DNA of 34,317 nt, from contig JAGBIB010000105.1 of NCBI GenBank assembly GCA_017935195.1, forward strand, positions 1 to 34,317, in the 5' to 3' direction. This document shows, in pieces, positions 27,026-34,317 of this stretch. Below the pieces are notes generated by a model. That model had not been told where the DNA came from, searched no databases, and saw only the letters and a program-made list of their open reading frames with translations. The number at the start of each line of letters is the position of its first letter. Position 1 is the stretch's first letter. The position numbers and the translations under genes were made by a program. This DNA is from Clostridia bacterium (GTDB lineage Bacteria; Bacillota; Clostridia; Oscillospirales; CAG-272).

Positions 27026-27343
27026 ATGGAATGTCGCAGGAACGCGATTCGAGGCGCAAGGGAAGGGCTCTGAAAAAAGCTGTGGGTGCGCAGACCGAAA
27101 GAAGCCGTGATGGCTTCACTATCGGTGCGGGTATCAAGAAACACGAGAAAACGATGCACGGTAGCCTTTGCGGCTCTTTGATGCAGGCTATCGCGCTCAC
27201 CCCCTATATCGGCTGTGAAAATGCCGCAAAAACCGCCAAAAAGGCGTTTTGGGAAAACATTTCGTTAAAGAAGCCTGCGCGGAGCTTGAACTCCCGACCG
27301 CAGAGAGCTTGACGAGGTATGCCAACCCGAAGAAATGGTTTAA
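27026..27343 (+). pseudogene. fumC: Class II fumarate hydratase relic (internal deletion plus frameshifts)
   Basis: SD AAGGAGG and ATG at 27026; N-terminal-like GAQTERS..F.IG joined directly to C-terminal-like SLMQAIALTPYIGCENAAKTAKKAF.ENISLK, then frameshifted EACAEL and ELDEVCQPEEMV-stop. Confidence 0.8.
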
Positions 27344-27355
27344 GGAGGAAGGAAA

Positions 27356-28144
27356 ATGAAGGTTAGCTACTTCCCGGGGTGTACCCTGAAGACCAAGGCA
27401 AAGGATCTGGATCTTTACGCCAGAAAATCTGCCGAGGTGCTGGGGATCACCCTTGAAGAAATTGAAAATTGGCAGTGCTGCGGAGGTGTGTTTACCACCG
27501 CAAAGGACGAGGTTGCTACGAAGCTTTCTTCGGTGCGTGTGCTGAAGGCGGCAAAGGACAAGGATCAGGCGCTGGTAACCGTTTGCTCTGCCTGCCACAA
27601 CGTGGTCAAGCAGACCAACAGCGCCATGCAAAACGACAAGGAATTTGCCGACAAGGTCAATCGCTATATGGGCGAGGACGGCGGTTACGACGGATCTACC
27701 GAGGTCTATCACTTCCTTGAGCTGATCCGCGACGTGGTCGGCTTTGACAAGGTGAAGGAAAAGGTGGTCAATCCCTTAAACGGTGAAAAGATCGCCGCAT
27801 ACTACGGATGCCTGCTTCTGCGCCCCGGTAAGGTGATGCAGATGGACGATCCCGAAAACCCCACCATCATTGAGGATCTGATCAGAGCCCTTGGCGGCGA
27901 GCCGGTGATCTACAACCAGAGAAACGAGTGCTGCGGCGGATACGTGGTGATGGAGGATCCCGCTCTTGCCGAAAGCAAGAGCAAGAAGATCACCTCCAAC
28001 GCCCGCTCCTTTGGTGCGGAGAGAATGGTCACCGCTTGTCCTCTTTGCAAATACAATCTTGAAAAGAACGGAAGCGATCTGCCCGTGGTATACTTTACCG
28101 AGTTGCTGGCGCAGGCGCTGGGCGTGAAGGAGGAATGCAAATGA
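27356..28144 (+). CDS. hdrB: Heterodisulfide reductase subunit B-like
   Basis: YFPGC, CCGG, CSAC, YYGCLLLRP, CCGG, ACPLC: two CCG domains. Confidence 0.92.
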   Translation: MKVSYFPGCTLKTKAKDLDLYARKSAEVLGITLEEIENWQCCGGVFTTAKDEVATKLSSVRVLKAAKDKDQALVTVCSACHNVVKQTNSAMQNDKEFADKVNRYMGEDGGYDGSTEVYHFLELIRDVVGFDKVKEKVVNPLNGEKIAAYYGCLLLRPGKVMQMDDPENPTIIEDLIRALGGEPVIYNQRNECCGGYVVMEDPALAESKSKKITSNARSFGAERMVTACPLCKYNLEKNGSDLPVVYFTELLAQALGVKEECK

Positions 28145-28533
28145 GCCACGGTAATAATAACTTAAAGGAAGAATTGCTGCGCATCAGCGGCGTGAACCCC
28201 AAGAAATGTATGCGTTGCGGCAAGTGCTCTGCCACCTGCCCCGCTTACGACGAGATGGAATACCATCCTCACCAGTTCGTGGTGATGGTGGAGGAGGGCA
28301 ACATCGAGCCCCTGCTGAATTCCGATTCTCTTTATAAATGTCTGACCTGCTTTGCCTGCGTTGAAAGATGCCCCAGAGGGGTAGAGCCCGCAAAGCTGGT
28401 AGAGGCAGTGCGTCTGGTGGCGACCCGCCGTCAGGGTGCAAACCACCTGAAGCCCGACGACGTTCCCGGAAAGCTTGACGAGGATCTTCCTCAGCAGGCC
28501 ATCGTCAGCGCATTCAGAAAGTATACGAAGTAA
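28141..28533 (+). CDS. hdrC: Heterodisulfide reductase subunit C-like (2x 4Fe-4S)
   Basis: CMRCGKCSATCP and CLTCFACVERCPRG; ATGA overlap with hdrB. Confidence 0.9.
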   Translation: MSHGNNNLKEELLRISGVNPKKCMRCGKCSATCPAYDEMEYHPHQFVVMVEEGNIEPLLNSDSLYKCLTCFACVERCPRGVEPAKLVEAVRLVATRRQGANHLKPDDVPGKLDEDLPQQAIVSAFRKYTK

Positions 28534-28548
28534 GGAGGAAAATGCAAA

Positions 28549-30543
28549 ATGCAAAGAATTGGCGTATTCGTATGTTGGTGCGGAAGCAATATTGCAGGCA
28601 CGGTAGACGTGCAAGCGGTTTCGGAAGCATTGAAGCTGGAGCCGGGCGTTGTATTCTCCACCAACTATCAGTATATGTGTTCTCAGGCAGGACAGCAGAT
28701 CATCAAGGATGCCATCAAGGAGCATAAGCTCACCGGTATCGTCGTCTGCTCCTGCTCCCCCCGTATGCACGAGGCAACCTTCCGCAAGACGGCTGCCGCT
28801 GCGGGACTCAACCCCTACATGGTGGAGATCGCAAACATCCGTGAGCAGTGCTCCTGGGTACATAAGGACGTTCCCACCGGTACCGAGAAGGCGATCATTC
28901 TGGGCAAGGCTGCCGTTGCAAAGGTCAACCTCAATGCGCCCCTGACCCCCGGTGAGTCGCCCGTTACCAAGAGAGCTCTGGTCATCGGCGGCGGTATTGC
29001 CGGCATCCAGACCGCTCTTGACATTGCCGACGCAGGCTTCCCCGTGGACATCGTGGAAAAGAAGCCCACCATCGGCGGCAAGATGGCTCAGCTTGACAAG
29101 ACCTTCCCCACCCTTGACTGTGCGGCTTGTATCCTCACGCCCAAGATGGTGGACGTGGCTCAGAACGAAAAGATCCGCATCTTCTCCTATAGCGAAGTAG
29201 AGGAAGTGAAGGGCTTCGTGGGCAATTTCGACGTTAAGATCAAGAAGAAGGCACGTTACGTCAACGAGGACGTATGTACCGGTTGCGGTGCCTGCACCGA
29301 GAAGTGCCCTCAGAAGAAGGTGCCCAACGAGTTTAACCTTGGTATGGACAACCGCCGTGCCATCTACATTCCTTTTGCACAGGCTGTGCCCAAGGTTGCA
29401 ACCATCGATCCCAACTACTGCACCATGCTCAAGACCGGCAAGTGCGGCGTCTGCTCCAAGGTCTGCACTGCAGGTGCCATCGACTACAAGCAGCAGGATC
29501 AGATCATTGAAGAAAAGTACGGTGCAATCGTTGTTGCCACCGGCTTTAACCCCATCAGCATGGACAAGTTCGAGGAATATGCCTACAGCCAGTCCAAGGA
29601 CGTGATCACCTCTTTGGAATTTGAGAGACTGACCAACGCCGCAGGCCCCACCGCAGGCAAGCTCCTGCGTCCCTCTGACTTAGAGCATCCTCACACCATT
29701 GTCTTTGTACAGTGCGTGGGCTCCCGTTGCGAAAACTGCGCAGAGAAGGGCAAGGAGTATTGCTCCAAGATCTGCTGTATGTACACCGCAAAGCACGCAA
29801 TGCTGGTGCGTGACAAATATCCCGACACCGAGGTATACGTCTTCTATATCGACGTGAGAACCCCCGGTAAGAACTTCGACGAATTCTATCGCCGTGCGGT
29901 AGAGGAATACGGCGTACACTACATCAAGGGTATGGTCGGTAAGGTCACTCCCGAGGGCAACAAGCTGAAGGTTCAGGCGTCTGACCTGATTATGAATAAG
30001 CAAGTGCATATCGACGCCGATCTGGTGGTGCTTGCCGCTGCCATCGAGCCCGATAAGTCTGCCCGTCCTCTGGCAACTATGCTGACTGCAAGTATGGATA
30101 CCAACGACTTCTTCACCGAAGCACATCCCAAGCTTCGTCCCGTGGAGAGCCCCACCGCAGGTGTCTTCCTTTCCGGTGCCTGCCAGGGTCCCAAGGATAT
30201 TCCCGAGACCGTTTCTCAGGCGGGTGCGGCGGCTTCCAAGGTCATCGGTCTGCTGGCAAAGGACAAGCTGACGGGTAACCCCTGTATCGCAAGTCCCAAC
30301 GAGCAGATGTGTAACGGATGCTCCTCTTGTGAGAGAGTATGTCCTTACGGTGCCATCACTTACGTTGACAAGGAATTCCGTATGCCCGACAGAACGACCC
30401 TTATGCGCCGCGTAGCACAGGTCAACCCTGCAGTTTGCCAGGGATGCGGTGCTTGTACCGTTGCTTGTCCTTCGGGCGCAATGGATCTTCGCGGCTTTGC
30501 AAGCGCGCAAATTATTGCGGAGGTGGATGCAATATGCAAGTAA
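28549..30543 (+). CDS. hdrA: Heterodisulfide reductase subunit A-like (bifurcating flavo-FeS protein)
   Basis: RIGVFVCWCG.NI, CSCSPRMHE, NIREQCSWVH, GGGIAG, LDKTFPTLDC, QCVGSR, YCSKICC, GPKDIP, ferredoxin motifs. Confidence 0.96.
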   Translation: MQRIGVFVCWCGSNIAGTVDVQAVSEALKLEPGVVFSTNYQYMCSQAGQQIIKDAIKEHKLTGIVVCSCSPRMHEATFRKTAAAAGLNPYMVEIANIREQCSWVHKDVPTGTEKAIILGKAAVAKVNLNAPLTPGESPVTKRALVIGGGIAGIQTALDIADAGFPVDIVEKKPTIGGKMAQLDKTFPTLDCAACILTPKMVDVAQNEKIRIFSYSEVEEVKGFVGNFDVKIKKKARYVNEDVCTGCGACTEKCPQKKVPNEFNLGMDNRRAIYIPFAQAVPKVATIDPNYCTMLKTGKCGVCSKVCTAGAIDYKQQDQIIEEKYGAIVVATGFNPISMDKFEEYAYSQSKDVITSLEFERLTNAAGPTAGKLLRPSDLEHPHTIVFVQCVGSRCENCAEKGKEYCSKICCMYTAKHAMLVRDKYPDTEVYVFYIDVRTPGKNFDEFYRRAVEEYGVHYIKGMVGKVTPEGNKLKVQASDLIMNKQVHIDADLVVLAAAIEPDKSARPLATMLTASMDTNDFFTEAHPKLRPVESPTAGVFLSGACQGPKDIPETVSQAGAAASKVIGLLAKDKLTGNPCIASPNEQMCNGCSSCERVCPYGAITYVDKEFRMPDRTTLMRRVAQVNPAVCQGCGACTVACPSGAMDLRGFASAQIIAEVDAICK

Positions 30544-30968
30544 ATGAAAAAAAGCCTTTGATCGTGGCATTCTGCTGCAACTGGTGCTCCTATGCCGGTG
30601 CAGACCTTGCCGGTAACAACCGTCTGGCGTATCCTGCCGACGTCAAGATCATCCGCGTACCCTGCTCCTGCAGAGTAAACCCCATGTTTATCCTGCGTGC
30701 CTTCCAGAGAGGTGCGGACGGCGTGATCATCTGCGGCTGTCACCCCGGTGACTGCCATTATACCTCGGGTAACTACTTTACCCGCCGCCGTATGGCAATG
30801 CTCTTCTCCATGCTTGATTATCTGGGCATCGAGAAGGAGAGAACCCGCGTGGAGTGGGTCTCTGCGGCTGAAGGTGCAAAGTTTGCCGCAACCATGAACG
30901 ACTTTGCCGAGAAGGTTGCAGCTCTTGGCGAAAACAAGAGATTGGAGGATCTGCGATGCAAAAGATAA
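30534..30968 (+). CDS. flxD: MvhD/FlxD 2Fe-2S subunit
   Basis: FCCNWCSYAGAD, RVPCSCRV, GCHPGDCHY..GN, WVSAAEG; ATG at 30534. Confidence 0.9.
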   Translation: MQVNEKKPLIVAFCCNWCSYAGADLAGNNRLAYPADVKIIRVPCSCRVNPMFILRAFQRGADGVIICGCHPGDCHYTSGNYFTRRRMAMLFSMLDYLGIEKERTRVEWVSAAEGAKFAATMNDFAEKVAALGENKRLEDLRCKR

Positions 30969-31954
30969 CTCGTGAAGTGCTTATTGAAAAAGCAGCTTCT
31001 CTCTTAAACGAAGGGGTCGTTTCGGCAGTATACGGCTGGAAAAAGGGCGAATTCGTCTACGACGTGACCCCCGCCCTGTTCACCACCACCGAAGAGCTTG
31101 AAAAGGAATTTGTTTGGGGTGATTTCTGCGGCGCAAACTTCTCCAAATATCTGGTGGCTTCCACCAGAAAGATCGAGGGCAAGATCCTGGTCTTCTTAAA
31201 GCCCTGCGATACTTACAGCTTCAACCAGCTGCTCACCGAGCATCGCTTTGACAGAGAAAAGGTATACGCCGTGGGCATCCCCTGCGAGGGTATGGCTGAC
31301 GTTTCCAAGGTGAAGGCGGCGGCGGGTGAAGGTATCATCGCCATCGAAAGCACCGAAGAGGGTCTTGCCGTGACCACCCTTTATAACGATGCACCCGTGG
31401 TCGTTCCCTATGCTGAGGCGCTGGCTGAAAGATGCATCAACTGCAAGAGCAAAAAGCACGTTGCTTACGACGAGCTTATCGGCGAAGAAGGGGACGTGCT
31501 TGAAAGCGGACGCTTTGATCAGGTGGCAGAGCTTGAGGCAATGACTCCCGACGAGCGCTTTGCCTTCTGGCAGAATGAGCTTTCCAAGTGCATCCGTTGC
31601 AACGCCTGCAGAGACGTTTGCCCTGCCTGCACCTGCGAAAAGTGCGTCTTCAACAACCCCGTTTCGGGCGCTGAGACCAAGGCACCTATGGGTACCTTTG
31701 AAGAGAAGATGTTCCATATCATCCGTGCCTTCCACGTGGCAGGCAGATGCACCGACTGCGGCGAATGCTCCAGAGTATGTCCTCAGGACATCCCCCTGCA
31801 CCTGCTCAACAGAAAGTTCATCAAGGATATCAACACCCACTACGGTGAATACCAGGCGGGTGCAGAGGTCGGCTCAAGAGCACCTCTGGTGAACTACACC
31901 ACCGAGGACGTGGAGCCCTGCGACGTGTTTGAAAGGGGTGACAAGAATGCGTAA
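30956..31954 (+). CDS. flxC: FlxC-like 4Fe-4S protein
   Basis: KPCD, CIRCNACRDVCPACTC, RAFHVAGRCTDCGECSRVCP; position in the hdr-flx cluster. Confidence 0.8.
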   Translation: MQKITREVLIEKAASLLNEGVVSAVYGWKKGEFVYDVTPALFTTTEELEKEFVWGDFCGANFSKYLVASTRKIEGKILVFLKPCDTYSFNQLLTEHRFDREKVYAVGIPCEGMADVSKVKAAAGEGIIAIESTEEGLAVTTLYNDAPVVVPYAEALAERCINCKSKKHVAYDELIGEEGDVLESGRFDQVAELEAMTPDERFAFWQNELSKCIRCNACRDVCPACTCEKCVFNNPVSGAETKAPMGTFEEKMFHIIRAFHVAGRCTDCGECSRVCPQDIPLHLLNRKFIKDINTHYGEYQAGAEVGSRAPLVNYTTEDVEPCDVFERGDKNA

Positions 31955-32975
31955 GTGTACTGCTGCAAATCTTGACAAGCTGTTTGCCGCAATCGCTGAA
32001 AATGCGGCACTTTACCTGCCCGTAGATGATGAAAAGGGCACTGCTCAGTATAAAAAGTGGGCAGAAGGCACCGTGATGAGCAATGCGCTCAACACCGCCA
32101 AGAGCCCCAAGGACTTCTTCTTCCCTCAGAGCGAGGATCTGATGAAGTTCAAGACCCAGGGCAAGACCATCGAGCTGACCGATATCAGAGACGAGAAGGA
32201 AGACTTCGTGGTGTTCGGCGTGAGAGCCTGCGACGTGAGAAGCTTTGACATTCTTGACAGAGTGTTCTTGGTGGATCCCCGCGACAGCTACTACGCTTCC
32301 AGAAGAGAGAAGGGCGTGATCGTTTCGCTGGCTTGCTCCAAGCCCACCGAGACCTGCTTCTGCTCTGCCTTCGGCATCGACGCCACCAATCCCGCAGGCG
32401 ACGTGACCGCGTGGAAGACCGAAGAGGGATTCTTCTTCAAGGCAAACACCGAGAAGGGCGAAAAGCTGATGGCATCCCTTGAGGGACTGACCGAGGAATG
32501 CACCGAGGAGGCTGTTGAAGCGCAGAAGGCAAAGACGGCGGCGATCCTTGAAAAGCTGCCCCTTGCAGATCTTGACACCGACAAGTTCGGCGGCGGCAAG
32601 ACTGCCGAGCTCTTTAACGATCCCGCATGGGCAGAGCTGTCCCGCTCCTGCCTTGGATGCGGCACCTGCACCTTCGTATGCCCCACCTGCCAGTGCTACG
32701 ATATCAAGGACTTCAACACCGGCAGAGAGGTGATCCGTTATCGTTGCTGGGACTCCTGTATGTATTCGGAGTTCACCAGAATGGCACACGGCAACAACAG
32801 AAATTCCCAGCTTGAGCGTTTCCGTCAGCGCTTTATGCACAAGCTGGTATACTATCCCGAGAACAACGAGGGAATCTTTGGATGCGTGGGATGCGGCAGA
32901 TGCCTGGCAAAATGCCCCATCTCCATGAATATCGTGAAGGTAATGAAGACAGTAGGAGGTAAGAAAGATGAGTGA
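31947..32975 (+). CDS. flxB: FlxB-like (AsrA-like) 4Fe-4S protein
   Basis: SPKDFFFP, RACD, CFC, CLGCGTCTFVCPTCQC, WDSC, RFRQRFMHK, CVGCGRC...CP; ATG at 31947. Confidence 0.8.
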   Translation: MRKCTAANLDKLFAAIAENAALYLPVDDEKGTAQYKKWAEGTVMSNALNTAKSPKDFFFPQSEDLMKFKTQGKTIELTDIRDEKEDFVVFGVRACDVRSFDILDRVFLVDPRDSYYASRREKGVIVSLACSKPTETCFCSAFGIDATNPAGDVTAWKTEEGFFFKANTEKGEKLMASLEGLTEECTEEAVEAQKAKTAAILEKLPLADLDTDKFGGGKTAELFNDPAWAELSRSCLGCGTCTFVCPTCQCYDIKDFNTGREVIRYRCWDSCMYSEFTRMAHGNNRNSQLERFRQRFMHKLVYYPENNEGIFGCVGCGRCLAKCPISMNIVKVMKTVGGKKDE

Positions 32976-33801
32976 GAACAGAGAAGCGTTGATCCCTCAC
33001 ATCGGGGTGATCACCGACGTGCGTATCGATACTCCCGATATCAAGACCTTCAGAGTGGTGACCCCCGACGGCAAGAAGGCGTTTGACCACAGACCCGGTC
33101 AGTGCGCAATGCTGTCCATCCCCGGCGTGGGCGAGGCGATGTTCTCCATCACCTCCTCCCCCACCAACACCGAATTTATGGAATTCTCCATCAAGAAGTG
33201 CGGATGCGTTACCGAGTGGCTCCATCAGGCTGAGGCAGGTCAGCAGATCACCATCAGAGGCCCCTACGGCAATCCCTTCCCCGTGGACGACGTTTTTGCA
33301 GGCAAGAACCTGCTGTTCGTTGCCGGCGGTGTAGGCCTTGCACCTCTTCGTTCGGTCATCAACTACTGCCGTCACTACCGTGATCGCTACGGTAAGATCG
33401 ACATCGTTTACGGTTCCAGAAGCAAGGACGATCTGCTGGACTACAAGGAGATCATCGAGGAATGGACCAGAGACGAGAACGTGAATGTCTACCTGACCAT
33501 CGACCGCGAGCAGGAGGGATGGGACGGACACGTGGGATTCGTTCCCAATTACGTCAAGGAGCTGAACTTTGACACCGATAAGGTTGCCGTTCTTTGCGGA
33601 CCTCCCATCATGATCAAGTTTACTCTTGAGGGCTTAAAGTCCTTGGGCTTTGACAAGACTCAGGTGTATACCACCCTGGAGCTTCGTATGAAGTGCGGCG
33701 TGGGCAAGTGCGGCAGATGCAACGTGGGCGCGAAGTACGTTTGCAAGGACGGACCCGTTTTCCGTTGCGACGAGCTTGACGAGCTGCCCAGCGAGTATTG
33801 A
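32968..33801 (+). CDS. flxA: FlxA-like FAD/NAD-binding oxidoreductase with 2Fe-2S (AsrB/PyrK family)
   Basis: PGQ, GEAMFSI, RGPYGN, AGGVGLAPLRS, CGPPIM, MKCGVGKCGRC, VCKDGPVF. Confidence 0.85.
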   Translation: MSENREALIPHIGVITDVRIDTPDIKTFRVVTPDGKKAFDHRPGQCAMLSIPGVGEAMFSITSSPTNTEFMEFSIKKCGCVTEWLHQAEAGQQITIRGPYGNPFPVDDVFAGKNLLFVAGGVGLAPLRSVINYCRHYRDRYGKIDIVYGSRSKDDLLDYKEIIEEWTRDENVNVYLTIDREQEGWDGHVGFVPNYVKELNFDTDKVAVLCGPPIMIKFTLEGLKSLGFDKTQVYTTLELRMKCGVGKCGRCNVGAKYVCKDGPVFRCDELDELPSEY

Positions 33802-33820
33802 TGAGAAGGAGAAGAGAACA

Positions 33821-34317
33821 ATGGAAAACATGGTAAATATTTTTCTGTTCGGCAAGAAGTATCAGGTTCCCGGAAACCTGACCATTATGAGCGCAATGGA
33901 ATATGCCGGATATCAGCTGGTAAGAGGCTGCGGATGCCGTAACGGCTTCTGCGGTGCCTGCGCAACCATTTACCGCATCAAGGGTCAGCAGGAATTGAAG
34001 GCATGCCTTGCCTGCCAGACCAAGGTTGAAGAGGGAATGTACATCGCAACCCTGCCTTTCTTCCCTCTGGTAAAGCAGGTATACGACATCGAGACCGTGA
34101 AGCCCACCGAGCAGGTGATGATGCAGCTCTATCCCGAGATCTACGCCTGCATCGGCTGTAATGCCTGCACCAAGAGCTGTACTCAGGAGCTCAACGTTAT
34201 GCAGTATATCGCTTACGCTCAGAGAGGCGAATACGAAAAGTGCGCTGAGGAATCCTTTGACTGCGTAATGTGCGGTGTGTGCTCCTCCCGCTGTCCTGCC
34301 GGTATCTCGCATCCTCA
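33821..34317 (+). CDS. FrdB/SdhB-like iron-sulfur protein (2Fe-2S + 2x 4Fe-4S); partial, runs off right edge
   Basis: Manual translation from ATG 33821 (SD AAGGAG): MENMVNIFLFGKKY..GCGCRNGFCGAC..LACQ..CIGCNACTKSCTQ..CVMCGVCSSRCP; missing from the ORF track. Confidence 0.85.
   Translation, partial: MENMVNIFLFGKKYQVPGNLTIMSAMEYAGYQLVRGCGCRNGFCGACATIYRIKGQQELKACLACQTKVEEGMYIATLPFFPLVKQVYDIETVKPTEQVMMQLYPEIYACIGCNACTKSCTQELNVMQYIAYAQRGEYEKCAEESFDCVMCGVCSSRCPAGISHP

Noticed and set aside
26995-27312. 105-aa hypothetical protein
   Set aside because: It is a frame of the degraded fumC relic, not a real gene.
28549-30968. Selenocysteine recoding in HdrA/MvhD
   Set aside because: Both ORFs are uninterrupted Cys forms with no in-frame TGA.
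27197-34312. Several long minus-strand ORFs opposite the hdr-flx genes (e.g. 29680-30570, 31830-32840, 33620-34312)
   Set aside because: Antisense shadows of highly biased genes; no recognisable domains.

Overview
Chromosomal window from an anaerobic Firmicute (Clostridia-like gene content and SD/promoter style) with four blocks. (1) 1-8412 is a more AT-rich carbohydrate locus: a large secreted multimodular GH32 running off the left edge (absent from the ORF track), a second atypical GH32, a MerR-HTH::FGGY sugar-kinase fusion driven by a 19-bp-spacer MerR-type promoter, and a divergent GH31. (2) 8413-16391 holds an XRE regulator bracketed by two related palindromic elements, then a minus-strand redox/nucleotide cluster: queG, a C-GCAxxG-C-C protein, nrdG, nrdD fused to a C-terminal CPNC glutaredoxin-like domain, and a TrxB lacking the NADPH-binding HRR motif. 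Two unusual intergenic repeat structures lie within this cluster. (3) 16648-25616 encodes an orphan type IIA topoisomerase B subunit and addBA. (4) 25973-end is a probable succinate-pathway operon: LDH-like malate dehydrogenase, an internally deleted fumC relic, hdrBCA-flxDCBA and a truncated FrdB/SdhB-like FeS protein. The strongest candidates for undescribed systems are the MerR-kinase sugar sensor locus, the NrdD-Grx plus non-NADPH TrxB module, and the covarying hairpin array at ~11207-11429. All calls are by eye from motifs; no searches were run.
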